64,000 bases of DNA. Origin: Adineta vaga (Eukaryota > Animalia > Rotifera). The notes below the pieces were generated by a model that worked only from the letters and a program-made list of their open reading frames with translations, was not told the origin of the DNA and ran no database searches. Below are positions 1 to 14,187 of this stretch, one piece after another. The stretch covers positions 5,704,001 through 5,768,000 of the forward strand of contig CP075497.1 of assembly GCA_021613535.1 (NCBI GenBank), written 5' to 3'. Made by a program: the position numbers and the translations under genes. How positions within the stretch are numbered: position 1 is the stretch's first letter; every line of letters starts with the position of its first letter.

Positions 1-348
1 GCATCTTTTAAACCTTGTACAGTTCGAAGAGTCTATAAATATTTTTACTTCGACAAATTTTCTGTTTTCACGCAAAAAGAAACTTACATTGAAATCAATT
101 CGCCAGATACCAGCTGGTTTTTCATACTCAGCCATAATATTGAATGTTGATCCATCTGGACATGTATTATTCTTCGTTTCTGTAACTGTTGTTGTACATA
201 TATTTGTTCCGCTTATTTGAGCAGTAACACTAGAAGATGAATGACCAAATTATAAAATGAATTTCCTATGAGATTATTCAACTTACAGAAAATTCGCAAG
301 ATGAATTGAGAAGAGAAGAGCACTGAGCAACGACGAGTAAGAAAACAT
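1..348 (-). CDS. Secreted protein of unknown function, 5' part only (continues beyond window start)
   Basis: Manual splicing through two GT-AG introns gives an open frame: MFSYSSLLSALLFSIHLANFLVTAQISGTNICTTTVTETKNNTCPDGSTFNIMAEYEKPAGIWRIDFN/TLRTVQGLKD..., with an N-terminal hydrophobic signal peptide. Confidence 0.6.
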
Positions 349-1447
349 TTTACTGTCGTGTCAAAGCAAAAAGACGTTTATTTTTTGTGAAAAACTACGC
401 CGATTTCTTTCTGTTTTTACATAGCTATTTATATGAACAATTTTTTGAATATTTCAATAAATTTTCTCGCTTATAACAATAACAAACAACAGCTTGCTTA
501 TTTTCATATCAATATCTTCATTGACTAACAGATTTTTTCAAGCAAAAAATGAAAGAAATTTCCATTTATTCTAGAAGATAAACAATTCATATTATTTTGC
601 GTCGATCGATTTCAATAATGAACATCTGACGTTATTATCTTCTGTAGAATAATTTGTTTTTTAATATTCATATGTAAATTCCCATCTGTCGATATTTTGG
701 ATTTTGAACTTTTATCAGCAATAATTCAAGAACATTTTCAAGAATTTATTTTTTATTGGAATACAAAACAGAACCGTTGATAAATTTTCTTTAAATCTTT
801 TATCTTTGAGGAAAGTTTTTACTTTATTTTTTACAAACTAAAGTTCGGAATCTGATTCTTCATTTTTTTTCTTCTCTTCTTTCAATATGCGACCAATCAA
901 TGCATATATTAATTTTTGAGTAGGAGGATTTAAATACCATACATATGTACATGCACTTTCGAGAAAAGGATCATTCAAACATATCTATGATATAATATTC
1001 ATTAAAGTTGATAAATGACTTGTTTTATTTATTATATTACAAAAGAAATCTAATTGAATTCCTGAGATACAATCATTCTCGCATAATATAACTATTTAAG
1101 AATGTTAGAGTACGTCTATGTTTGGTTCGATATCAATGATAAATATGACGAGTAGATTATGATACCATAATAGCAGGCGTATCTATTTTTGTGTCATTCT
1201 TAAAAATTTACAAAAAAAATGATCACGTAGTTATCAATATATTCTGAAACTGTAGAAAATGTGTTCGAAAGAAAGGAAATAAGAAGAATGATTATGAAAG
1301 GAAGAAAAATGCTTTAAATTGGTCACAGCTGTTAGATAAATTACATCTAGAGATAGAACAAAACATTGGTTTTTTCTTCTTCTTGTATTTTAATACTTGT
1401 TGTGTCTTTTTTCATATTTGTTACAGTGCCAAGTAACCAAATCGATT

Positions 1448-2884
1448 ATGATGAGCTCAAATTCAGAATTAAAACATGAAACATCACCTTTCTATGTTAA
1501 TCGAGAACAAATGTTCGATACAGATAATGTGCGTTTGAGACATAATAAAGTAATTACTTTTATCATTTTGATTATGAATCCATTTTTATTTGATGTGTTT
1601 TTTTTCGTCTAGCCAACTATTCCTACAAATGCAGCTCATTTTGTTCTTCCAACTGGTGATTATCGTTCGAATGAAATGGATCATCATCCACAACTTCCTT
1701 CATCTTATACACATAATAAAACACAAATTTTTTGCATAATATTTACTATGCTAGTTTATTTATTTTATACGCTACGAACTTTTATTCCTGATAATATACA
1801 AACATTTTCTAGTAATCATAAATTAACTAAAAAATAACGTTTTGACATTTTTTCTTTAACAGATTTTTGGTCTAGCATAAAACCAATACCAATTACTCGA
1901 AGTTACACATCAGATTTACGACCAAATCTCATATTCGAACAATATCTTCTTCATTCAGCTGAAATCTTTCAAGTAATTTTCATTGATTGATTGATTTATA
2001 ATCATTTCTCTTCTCTTCTCTTCGCTAGACGTTATGGTTGATCTACATATTATCATTTTTGGTAAAACGTACTAGTTTGGGTTATCTCTATCGTAATCCA
2101 AATATATTTGATACAAAGCTTTGTTGTCTTTTGATCAGTGCCTTATTTTTTCAAGGAATTAATCAAATATCTCTTCCACCTGAAGTATGATTTAAACAAA
2201 CAAGATTGTTTTCTTTCGAACTAAACATACATCTTTCTAGCTTTCATGTGCATGTTTACTTCTCAGTTATATTCTTTTAATTATTATTTGTCGATTAATT
2301 GCAGTGAAATCATTGAGATATGAAGAGAAGTTCAAGTAGATTTACATCTTCTTTTTGTTTTTTTAATCCTAATACTTTTTTTTCCGAATAGATCAATGGA
2401 TTTGAAAATGATTCGTTATTTCGTATTAAACAGTCTTTTTCTTTATACAACATCGATTGGTTACATGACAATTTGTTCTCTAATTGAATGTGTTGCTTTT
2501 CATTTCAATACGGATCTTGCATTAGTAACAACTATCGGCCTATCAATTGGATTGGTTTTTCTTATAATTTACTTTCTTCTTGATCAATTTATTTATGAAG
2601 ATGAATTTCAATCTATCTGGACACCTTATCTATTTCTAACAATCGTTTCTCTTTCTCCATTATTGAATCAATTCATCTCAACTGATACAAATCCTTGGAA
2701 TATTTATTTTGGTTGGATACTTTTTACTTTAGCAACAATAATGATATTGACTCGAATTGTTCGATATAAACTTCGACAATGTCGTACAATGAAATCGTTT
2801 ATTCCAAAATCGGTTCCATCAACAAATATGACAGATGAAAGTTTTTCTTTAAATTCATTTAAAAAAACCGAAATTGATTTGTAA
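1448..2884 (+). CDS. Multi-exon multipass membrane protein, uncharacterised family
   Basis: About 6 exons separated by ~55-60 nt introns. Several TM segments (QTLWLIYILSFLVKRTSLGYLY; VLNSLFLYTT; WTPYLFLTIVSL). ORF 2396..2884 is the last exon. Confidence 0.65.
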
Positions 2885-2939
2885 TTAATACTTAACATCA
2901 TGATTAATAAAAGAAAAGGCAATCTTTATCTGTCAGTAT

Positions 2940-5731
2940 TTACACATTGGTTTTATCATCGGTAGTCGTCGATTGCGTATAGAGAAGAAATAGACCACCA
3001 CATAAACAATGATTTTTCAAACGATCGACAAGGAATGGCGACGATTTCGTAGTAAATAATCTTGAAAAATTTGAACAACGTATGCACGACGAAATGTACG
3101 ATTTGACGCGAGAGACATTTTACCAAGAGTAATGATATCAAAGTGAGTATCTGAAGGATGATCGAATGTTTTGAAATTCTCATTTAAAGGAATCATAAAT
3201 GCTGTTGGTTGAGTACGAGAAAAGAGTTGAGATGAGGATGAATTTGGAATAAGAAACGGATATTGTTTTGGAAACATACTATCGATTTTTGATAGTAATG
3301 TTTCAATATCCAATATGGAGAGATCATTGAGACATTGTTCATTAGGTATACTAGATTGTTGGGCTAAAACAAAAGAAGTAAAAACAATTATATCGTGTTA
3401 TTTTAAATTTACATTCTAGTATTTGATTATATTTTGTTAAACTATGATACATGTCTTTTAAAATATCTTTTAATTGATTGACATTGTTTGTTTGTTGCTG
3501 TTGTTCTTTTTGTTGTTTTTCTGTGAAGAATTCTATTTGAGCTATTTTACTATTTGGAATTCGATTAATTCGATTTAAAATATAAAAATAAATCAATAAT
3601 TCTCTTAACCATTGTAATTGACTCGGATCATTAAATAAATTTTTACACGATAAACATGATGATAGTCGTTGTGTTCGAAGAAAACCAATACAATATACAA
3701 TAATATCTGTTATCCAATTAACTAATAATGTAAATGATATTAATTGATATGGATTCGCATTTTCTTGATCACCCAAATATTTTATTCGTTGTTGATCAAT
3801 ATTTTGAATAAATGATGATTGTTGAAGAATTTCTTTTGTCGCATCAACGAAATTTCGATTCGTAGGTTCATAGATAAATAAACGAAGATAATCACGTACA
3901 ATTAATAAAACATGATAAACAAGTAAACTTGTTAAATGTTCACAACTATCTGTTGATAATGGACAAGCAAGACGATGTAAATGATAAAGACATTCTTTAA
4001 AACGAATAAAATGAGTACGTTTAAATTCTAATGATTGCGATTCATAATTGATTACTACACGATCAATAAGTTGATTGATTACGGAATTCTTTGGTATAAT
4101 AGATAAAATGTCCCAAATATCGCATGGACATGGCAATTGAATAATATATTGTTCTAACAAATGAACGAGAATTGTCAATAATGACGAAGATGATGAAAAA
4201 GAATCAAGATTTATTGTTCGAAGAAGAAAAAGATAACCATTTTGAGTGAATCCAACACAACAAGAACCTATTGAAAGAATAGAATCACATTTGATTTATT
4301 TAAATTTTGTTCTTTTACCCGAATATGTATGTTGAATTCTAACAAAAAAACTTGATTCATGTATAATTAAATTATTATTATGAATGGGAAAAAATTGTTC
4401 TCGAGATTTTAAATTTAATTTATCCAATTGAATTATTGAACCGTCATTTAATGCAAGTAAAATTTGTCTACCAAATAATCCTTGACAATGATGATTTTCA
4501 CTGATTAATTGATTTTTTGATAAAGAAATCGATGTAATACATGCTCGAGAAGAGTTTAAAAGTGTTGTCGATATCCATTCTTCTTGTTCATTATTATATT
4601 CATAAAGATCAATTAGATCACCACTAAATGATTTCATATGTATAAGGATACAATCAATACTATGACGTTGAAAATAAACTAATGATTGTAATGTACCATA
4701 ACATGATGGAATACGAAAACCATGAAGTCGATAGGATGTATAGGATATTTGTGGTTCTAATGAAATATAATGAACAACAAAAAAATGAACGAGTGCACCT
4801 GGAATATGTTCACTAAGGATCATATTGAATCCTCTATCAGTAGAGTATATATCACAAATAGAAACGTTGAGTGGATCATTTTGAGAAAGACAATATCGAG
4901 TTGGAGATAATGATTGATCAAGTGGTAATGTATGAATCTTAAATAGAAGAACAGATAGATGAAATGAATTTTTCTTCGTTAAATTTACTACGCCAGAAGA
5001 TGTAACACAAACAAAATTGCCTGAATTAAGTGCATATTTTAGTAATGGTGATTGAGAAATTCTATTCTCACAAAAGAATGAATCATTTCTATCGAGATCA
5101 ATCATTATCTATGAATACAAAACATGATATATATATATATATATATAAATAGATATAATGGATTGTTTTTAAATACAAACTGGTTCATATGGAAATATAT
5201 ATTTAGCAGATAGAATATCTTCATGTGTTTCGTATTGATAAATACAATCCATTGTATTGATACAACCATTCTAAATAATCGAAAATGTTTTTAACGCGAT
5301 AGGAAGAAAATATATCTCTGTCAGTGTACCTTCATTTTGAATATTTGACATATTCCTGTTTGATTACAAGTAAGTAAATGTGTTCCATCAAGGTTCCAGA
5401 CCAGTTGAACGATAGGCACATTTGATGTTGTAATTAAATTAACATGCCATGGCTGTTCAAGTGCACAGATATAAACACAAAACGATGATTGTGCTATTTG
5501 ATTTAAGGCTCTTTCGATAAGAAAAAATATGTTTTAGAATATTTAATGATTTCAAACAATTCCTTACGATGAATTTAAATGAGGAGAATATTTGAAATGA
5601 CGTGATGTGGATAAATATGAACATGAAAACGAAAGAATATTTAGACAGGATATATCCATTGTTAAGATATGTTTTAAATCACTATCTTCATCATGTGTCA
5701 TATTCATATGCATAGCATAAACGATTTCCAT
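2940..5731 (-). CDS. MED16: Mediator subunit 16 (MED16)-like; apparent 1-nt frameshift at ~3086
   Basis: N-terminus MEIVYAMH...ISCLNILSFS...ALEQPWHVNLI...IVQLVWNLDGTHLLTC parallels MED16 (WSCRNLIAFT...EHPWDL..ITCLEWDQSGSRLLS). Restoring one base at ~3086 gives the C-terminal CIRC...HCLCGGLF Cys motif of MED16, with a stop at 2940-2942. Confidence 0.8.
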
Positions 5732-6071
5732 AATTAAATATCTACAATTAAATAAGGTAGAAACATTTTTTTTGTCAAACTTATGTTTTATTTCATTCGT
5801 TTGATGTCATAACTAATGACGTTAGTATTCGTAGATGAAATGAAACGAACGAAAATATCTCTAGAGTAAATACGCTGTATGCGCCACCTTTCGGTTTAAT
5901 TCTAGTATAGGCTAATGCAGTACAACCAATAATCTATTTTTTTATTCTTTCTTTCTTTATTTAGAAGCTTGATCATCGGCAAGGCAAGGCAAGGCAAAGT
6001 ACCCAAAAAGACAGGCAGAAGCTTGAAATACTCGGTCAAAATTGATTTGAAGAAAAAACGATTCTACTTCA

Positions 6072-6715
6072 ATGTCTGCAATCACGAATATAATGTTACG
6101 TCAAACATCATTATTAACTCGTGTTTATTATATGAATCTTCCTCGACAAACACTTTTACCATTTAGTACAAGTGTCCATCATCTGACAGAATCATCAACT
6201 AACACATCTTTCTCATCGAAGCAAAATTCAAACAAATCATTCGATAGTGTGCGTATGTAGTACAACTACACGTTTGATGTTTACTTCTATAGTGAATCAT
6301 TTTTTATTCTAGCTGTACATCTTGGTCCATTAGGAAAATTAGTTATGGTTTTAGGTGGACTTTACAAACGTACTAGTGATGTTCCTGATAGTATACCGTA
6401 TGTCATAATCAATAGATATCGGATAAAAATATACATTGTTTTTTCCTCTTTTATTTTAGTAATCGTTTATATCAGAAAACAAAAGATAGATTTCGAGCAC
6501 GGTGTGTAATTGCTTCATTATTTGGTACTGGTATTCTTGCTCTAATTGCAGCAATGCGTGGTAAATCTGCTAAGAAAGAAGGCAAACGATATACCGATAA
6601 TGTTTTTAATATGCATCGTGGCGAATCTCGAATTCATGATCAAATAGAATCTATGCATCGACATCGTTCACCTTCTGAACGATATTCACCACCAGTAGAT
6701 GAGATCAATAAATGA
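6072..6715 (+). CDS. FAM162: FAM162 (DUF1075) family mitochondrial membrane protein
   Basis: Three exons give a presequence, then KLVMVLGGLYKRTSDVPDSIP...KTKDRFRARCVIASLFGTGILALIAAMRGKSAKKEG, matching the FAM162 pattern (G.FK..EIPE...K..RV.....TM..GK.A). Confidence 0.75.
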
Positions 6716-7163
6716 TTCAAACATTCAATGAAGGACTTCTCTGGATAGTTCATTCATATTTTTGTATAAACTATTTCCAAAAACGAAAAGTTTTTATCAT
6801 TTTTTGCTCCTCATGTCTACACTTATATTAATTAGATTACATGATTATAAAATAATCTTCCAACAAAGCTTTAGTATCATAAGAAATCTAATGATTTTCA
6901 TCATTTATATTCGCTACTTAACAATGTTTGAAGAAAATCTACATTAGTTATTAACGTATTTACGAATTGAAGAGAATCAATCTACCATAGTGCATTCACA
7001 TACCTAAAAGAATATGGTTGATTGTTATTTCGATATCAACAAAGCACCTCAGTATATTCCAAAGAAAGAACGCTATCACCTAGATATATACAAAAGCAAA
7101 AGGAAAAAAAAGCCCAAAGTTCATTATTTATTATTTCATATTGTTGTTATTTTGTGTTCTCGT

Positions 7164-10100
7164 CTAAACATAATAACGTTTGCGTAAGATATCCATTGAT
7201 GACGTGCTATTAGAATTTGTTGTTAATAATGCTGATGTTTGTCGTGGTAAAATAGGTATTTGTTTAATTGTCTGTATACGTTGATCAGCTAAACTCGTAT
7301 CAATCGCATTTTCTAAACGTTCTTTCAATAGACGACTGTTTGAACAAATTGAGCAATTCGATTTTCCATTGATGGAATGATCATATTCATGATGATGATG
7401 ATGTACTGATGAAGTGTTTGGTGATAGCCATTACTCGTTGTTGACGTTTGTAAAGGCGGAGGAGAAGTTGTTGGTGATGCTTTGGTGAGTTCATTTAATT
7501 TTAACATAAGCAATTGTTTTTCACGAAGTTCTTGTTCATATAATTGACGTAGTGCATCTGATTGAGAATATACGAGTGTTTGTTGTGGAGAAGTTTTTGA
7601 TGGTTCATAATTTGTAATTAATTTATCGAAATCATGTCGAAGACGATCGATTTCATATTTCATACGTTCAGTGTCTGAACGAATCTGATTGTTACTTTCG
7701 ACATTGAATTGATCACTTTGTTGATATTTGTGAAATGTTTGTGTTAAATTTTGTTGTTGCTGTTCTTGTCGTGATACAGTATCACGTAAACGTTCATTAT
7801 CTCGTTGAGTTTGTAAACGTTGTTCACGTTCTTGCTCAAAATTTCGTTGAAGCGTATCACATTTTATACAAGTTGATGAACTAAAAATAAATCAAGAATA
7901 GATTACAAGGAAATGTAGTTCATAAATACGAACGGTGAATGTTGATAAGATGGTTGCTGTTGATGTATGCCATTAGTTAATGGAGATGACGTAAGAATTA
8001 CCAAGGGTTCATGTATAGCAGGTGGTGTGTGCTGTTGATATTGTTGTCTATTTGTTATTTCTTGTCGTTCATTTTGATAACGTTGTTCCGCATGAAGTTT
8101 TTCGGATTCGATCATATTTAGACGTTGTGTTAATGTTTCAAGTCCATTTTTAATTTCTTCATCTTTTGATGCAAGTATTGCTTCATTTCTACTTTGCAAA
8201 ACTAGTAAACGTGCTTCTGCTTCACCTAATTTTAAATTTAATTGTTCAATTTGTGCTTTATATTTTTTACTATCATCGGTTGAACGTTGCGTTTGTTTCG
8301 TTTGTTCTTCTAATTCGTGTGTTAGTTTTTGTTCAAGTCGTGATCGATCTAAAATCAGGGCACGTATTTCTTCTTGTAAATTATCATATTTAGTTTTATA
8401 GTCCGTTTTTTCTTGTTCGATAAAATCTTTTTCATGTTTTAAACGATCTAATTCACGTTGAAGATATAATTTTTCTTCTAAAGCTTTTTCTAAATCAATT
8501 TTATAACGTATGGTAACATCAAGTGATTCTTTGTGCAATTGCAAATCAGATTGTAATTGTTTTGTACGTTGATGAAGATCATCATTTTCAGCCGATAATA
8601 ATTTCATTTCTTCACGATGTCTTAACTTGATTTTTTCCACATCTTCTTCACGAAGAACACCAGTCGTAGCTGTTTGTAAAGTATTTACCTGATGTATACG
8701 GAATTTTTCGTCTAAAGAACAAAAAACAGCAATCAATTGAATGTTGTTTTGCAAGAAGATAAGACAATGTGTGAATGGAGAGAAAAGAAATAGAATATAT
8801 GATGGAAATCTGACCAACTATTTCGACAATGATTTCGAACAAAATAGTAACTATATACTTCACTTCTGTTGAGGTTTGAGATGAGAATGATAAAATATAT
8901 AAAATAAGAGAAGACTCTATTGTTGTTCAAAGAATAGTTCGATTATCGTCTCTCTAGTAATGTTCAACTTTTACATGCATTTCTATCGATAGACAGATGG
9001 TCAAGAATTATTGTTTAGAATCATGACGATTTCTTCGTCAGAACAGATTTAGACCGATAATTCATGTCGAATATTCTGACCTATGACAGTCTATGTCAAT
9101 TATTTTCATCGATTATTTAATTAATAATGAAAAATAACCTCTTTATATCTATCGAATATCGAAATAAAGTGTAGTCGAAAATATTTTTCCTTTTTGTTTC
9201 TACGAACTTTATTAAACGTAGTTATAACTACTTATAACAGACAAATGTATGTGTACAGACGTATATCTAATTTCTCCTCTTTGTTTGTTCATTTTGGTTG
9301 AAAATGATCCTTTCATCATTCTACGAGGGAACAAATGTTAAAGAAACTTGTACTTTTAATTTTCATAGAAATCTCTTCGATAAGAAAAAAATTGAGATAA
9401 AGTTTTTAAAGTTACCATAATTATCTCGTTCCTCTTTTAGTTTAAGACATCGTTGATTTAATAAATCTTTTTCATCTTCTAATGATTGAAGTTTCTGTTT
9501 AATACTCTTCAATTCCATATTTAAATTTTTTGTCGTCCATTCTAAACGTTGCTTTTCATTAATTTCTTTTTCTAATTTTGTTTCTGTTTCACGTAATAAT
9601 TGATCATTTTTCTTAAATAATGCTTCGAAATTATTCTTCATCGCTTCCATATTTTTTAATTGTCGTTTCAATTCAAGACTATCTTCTTGTTTACGTTCGA
9701 TTTGTTTTATATCTTCTTTTAATTCACTAATACGTTCCTAAATATCGAAAGAATATTTGAGAAAAGTTCTTCTTAATCATTTTCTATTACCATATTATTT
9801 TGAATAGATGACGTAGAAGATGACATTGAACCACGTAAATTATTGAATTCATGATGTATTGATGAACGAGTGAATTGTCGATGAGTTTGTTGAGTCATTT
9901 CATTGGAATATTTTTGAGTCAGAAGATCAAAATCGTGTCTATCGGCTGTTGTCGCAGACCAATGTTCTACAAATTACAATAGATTAGTATCTTCTAACTT
10001 TTTCAAGGTTTGTTTTCTCTGTTAATTTCAAAATCTGATATTGAAGTAGAAATCATTAAGATCACAGCGATTTATTCATCGTTCTTCTCGGAACAGGTAA

Positions 10101-13100
10101 CGTTATTAGAATTCTTTATTTTCACTTCTCGACAAATGGAAATAATGTGAAGACAAGCTAAGATGTGTTTAACTGAATGCATATTTGTAACCTTGAAGAT
10201 GTAAGCTATTGTATCGTATAACATAATTTCCATTGACATATAAACATGTAATAGGAGAGTTTCGTTATTGACTTTTTAAAACGAACAAGAAAAACGTTTT
10301 TTGTTATTTGCTTAAATCAATATTCGAATGGTTTTTTTTTATATAAATTCATGTCAAAATTGTTATTAGAATATGCTGTTTAAAGTAGTTCATTTATTTC
10401 GAATTCTATACTCTCAAATTTTAAATTCTTTTTTAGGATTTATTTAGACTACTGGCATAGCCTGTAATCTATTATGAAATAACAGATTTGAATATCGATT
10501 TATTTATTTCTATTACACTACTATTTTTACCACATTCATCGAAAGTACTTTTATATGAGACTTACCAGAAGTCGTAGTCGCAACCATTTGACTCATGATG
10601 TGTTATAACTTCATTAATTTATGCTGTCTTGATAAGTATTCCCCTCTCGATCTTCTTCTCTCTTTTGTTTATTCTTGCGTCTATTTTAACATTTGACTGT
10701 CTACACATGTTAGTGTTCATTCATTAAAGAAGAAGAGGCAGAAGTCATGACAGCCAAACAATAGAAATGAATGCATTCACTCATTGATTATTCACCTTAA
10801 CCAACTCATATTCAAACGACTATTCTTCACATTATCTACGTATCTCAAAACTCGAAATTGTCTTCTGATCAACGAAGTTCCAACAATAGTTCATTAACTT
10901 ACGATCATGTGTACTATCACTATATAATTGGTGTTTTAAATTTGTATTTCCAGGGTCCGGTAATGTAGTTGATCGTATTGTATCATTCAGTAAAGAACTT
11001 GCATTCGAAGATACGGAATCACTACGTTGTAATAATGGCGAAGCAACAACTTTACTAATTGTCTTAGGTGATGTTGCTCTAAAACAAAATATTGGAAAAA
11101 AGTAGTTTTGAAACGATATAATAGGTAAAAATTTGATATTTACTGTTTTAGAGGAGCAGGTGATAAATGTTTGATATCATCAATAATTTTTGTTAAATTT
11201 TCAACACCTGTTGAATGTGTTACGGTAAGTTCAGTGGATCGAATGTTAGTTTGAAAGAGATCTGTTGTTGCTCCAATTAAAAATGGTGATTTAACAATCG
11301 TTGCTGCTTTTTCATTATGATGATCATCACTATCATCTGAACTAGTTGATGATGGACTTTTCGAATTTATTGATCTACGTTTTAAATCAGCACTTAATGG
11401 ACGAGAATCATCCAATGTTGATTCAGTCATTTTCTCATTATGTAATGGTTGTTGTTGAATTAATGAATCGATTTTAGTTGTCGTTCGTTTATTTTGTGAA
11501 ACCGAATCTGTTGACCATGATGATTCATCACTTACGGATGGTGGTGAAAATGGAATTGATGATTGAGGAGGAGGAATAGTAGCAAGATTATTTCCAATTT
11601 TTGGATTCACTGAGTTTTGTAAAGTATTCAATGGTTTTTGCGTACTTTGTTGGAGGACGGCAGCTTCGATTGAATCTTCATCACTTCTCGATTCATCTAA
11701 ATCTGCTGCTTTCGGTGTGGTAATAAACATGGATGTACCATTCAATGTTGGAAATGACTGTTGTTTAGGAAAAGTTGCTGAGGCTGATTTAGGTCTATAA
11801 ATACCTGTATCATCATCATCGTCATCAGATTGAGTTGTAGAATCCTCATCCCATGTTTCAACTTTTTTAGCTTGAACAACATGATTTTGTTCATGCGCTG
11901 ATATTGTATCATGTGTCCACGAATTTGAAGCTGATTTTATTAATTCTGACGGAGGAATTGTATTAACTAGAGCATTTATTGTCACATTCTTTTTTCCTGT
12001 TGAGAGTTGTCCAGCGAGAGGATTTGCACTGACAATTGATTTTTCGACTGACATACTCGTTGAAGTACTTTCCGTCTCTGTATGTTGAGATGACACAGGT
12101 CCAATACCAAATATTGAGGGTGGCTGTGGTGTTGTTTGGTTTTTTTGATCTAAATAGAATAAAATCTTATCATGCTGGAAGACGAATTGAAATAAATGAA
12201 CTTACTTATAATAGGTTTATTATGAAGGATTTCATCTCGTTGTAATGGATTATTATGGAGTAAACTTCCTAATGTCTGATTGGTAGGTTTTGTAACATTT
12301 GTTTTTGTTGCATCTGGTTGAACTGGATTATTTTTGATTATTTCAGCAAGCGATCGTGATTCTCGTTGAGGTGCAGATACTGAAGATACCGATTGATCTG
12401 ATCGGTGAGTTAAAGGTCGTGATATTTGTTTTGATGATGAGTTAGATGATGAACTTGTTTCACTTGATGTTGTACTTTCATCTGATTCATTTCCATCATG
12501 ATTTTGAAATCTTTGTGCTGGATTCGTAGTCATATGATTTATTGTTTGTTCATTGATAGATCCCGATGTTCTTCTTTTCGAATTAGCTAATCTAGTCCAT
12601 TGTTGTTGATAATCATCAATCAATGTTGCACAATCCTCATGACGATTCATTTTTGCTAATTGATATGCAGTTAATTGTTGTGCATCAACAATCGTCGGAT
12701 CACATGGTTCTTCAAGATTTGATTGAATCAAATATTGAATAGTTTCAGAATCACCATTGATTGCAGCTATATGTAATGGTGTTTGTCCATTTCGATTAGT
12801 CAAATTTGGATCTGCTCGTTGACTATGTTGTTCAGATAAAAGTATACGAACAATATTGGGATATTTTCGTTCAACTGCTAAATGTATTGGTGTCATTTGA
12901 TTACCATCGCGAAAATTTGGATCACAATTACGAACTAAGAGAAAAAGATCAACGAGTCTTTCTTGTCCAAAATCAACTGCATAGTGTAAAGCATTTTTTC
13001 GGTGAACATCAACTGCATTAATAACTAAATAGAGAAAAACCATGAGAACAAATGTTTTAGAAACAATAAGAACATAATTCTTACAGGCATCAGCTCCTCC

Positions 13101-13627
13101 ATCCAGCAAACGTACACATATTTCATGATATACTGTTGGATCTTGAGTACTACAAAGCACAGCTTTTACTAAAGGTGTTCGTCGTTCTTCATCCATAACG
13201 TCTAATCTTGCACCTTCATGAATAAGATATTTTATAATCTCTAAATGTTTTCTAGCTACAGCTAAATGTAATGCAGTCTATTTTAGAAAACAAAAATGAA
13301 AAAAAGATTTGAAAATATCTATAATAGATAAAAAAATCTTACTCTCGAATGTTGATCTTTCAGATCGATTTGACCTGGTCGTGCAAGATTTCGAACTTTT
13401 TCTAAATTTCCTTCCCATGATGCTTTATGCAGTTTACTTTTGTCCAATTCTTTTTGATTGACCATATAGGATGAAAGATTGTCCATTGATGAAGACGATC
13501 GCATACTTGATGGTGCATCACCAAATCGACTATTTTCATTGATGGATAATTGTGAGCCATGTGGTGAACGACGTTTTGATGAAGAGGAACTACTGCTTCT
13601 GAAAATGCGTGAGATAAACTTTGCCAT
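7164..13627 (-). CDS. ANKRD26: ANKRD26-like ankyrin-repeat plus long coiled-coil protein; apparent frameshift at ~7427
   Basis: SYMVNQKELDKSKLHKASWEGNLEKV...DQHSRTALHLAV...DEERRTPLVKAV matches the ANKRD26 N-terminus. Followed by a Ser/Thr-rich linker, coiled-coil exons and the C-terminus LRKRYYV (cf. ANKRD26 LKKNYMI). Confidence 0.8.
10566..10596 (-). CDS. Candidate alternative first coding exon of the ANKRD26-like gene (MSQMVATTTS)
   Basis: ATG preceded by an in-frame TAA. Ends in a perfect G|GTAAGT donor in phase 1, matching the phase-1 acceptor at ~9967. Confidence 0.45.
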
Positions 13628-14021
13628 ATCCGTCAATGTATGTTCGTGTGCCTGTGTGTGTTTTTCTTTCAATAAAAAGATCTAAAACAGTAACAAAATC
13701 ATCGATGAGAAGAGCGAAAAGAAAATGAATCGACGTATGTAAATAAAATCTAGAAGAAAAAAAATGAATAATGAAAACAAAAAAAAATTTAGATGATTTA
13801 TACAAACTAGAATAAAACGAATTGACAATAAATCTAAAATTTGTCTCTGCAAATTCACATTCTTGTTCATATAAAAACAATTCAGTTCATTTGTTCGACA
13901 ATTTGTTCTGACTTGAAATCTTGATAGATATGAAGTCTTTTTTTCTATTAACGGCCTTCTCAGGTTTTTTTCCTCTTCTTCTGTCAGATTAAGACAACAT
14001 GAATGACGTAGCAGCACAACG

Positions 14022-14036
14022 GTTGCTCATGACAAT
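14022..14036. promoter_or_regulatory. X-box (RFX)-like motif in the divergent ANKRD26/KIZ promoter
   Basis: GTTGCTCATGACAAT resembles the imperfect palindrome GTTGCCATGGCAAC and lies between two head-to-head centrosome/cilium genes. Confidence 0.35.
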
Positions 14037-14187
14037 CTCATATCGAAGAGAACAAGAAAAAAAAATGAATGCAAGAAACGTAAGAAAGTGAGCACTCTTA
14101 TTACTTTTTTATCTTGCAGTATTGCATGTGTGAACTTCATTCTTTCCAGTTTACTGTCGTTGTCATTGCTGGAGGACAAATATCACG

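Noticed and set aside
7402-7436. A 29-nt GT-AG intron that would fix the ANKRD26 frame
   Set aside because: Much shorter than the ~50-60 nt introns seen throughout the window, and it lacks a pyrimidine tract. A 1-nt indel is simpler.
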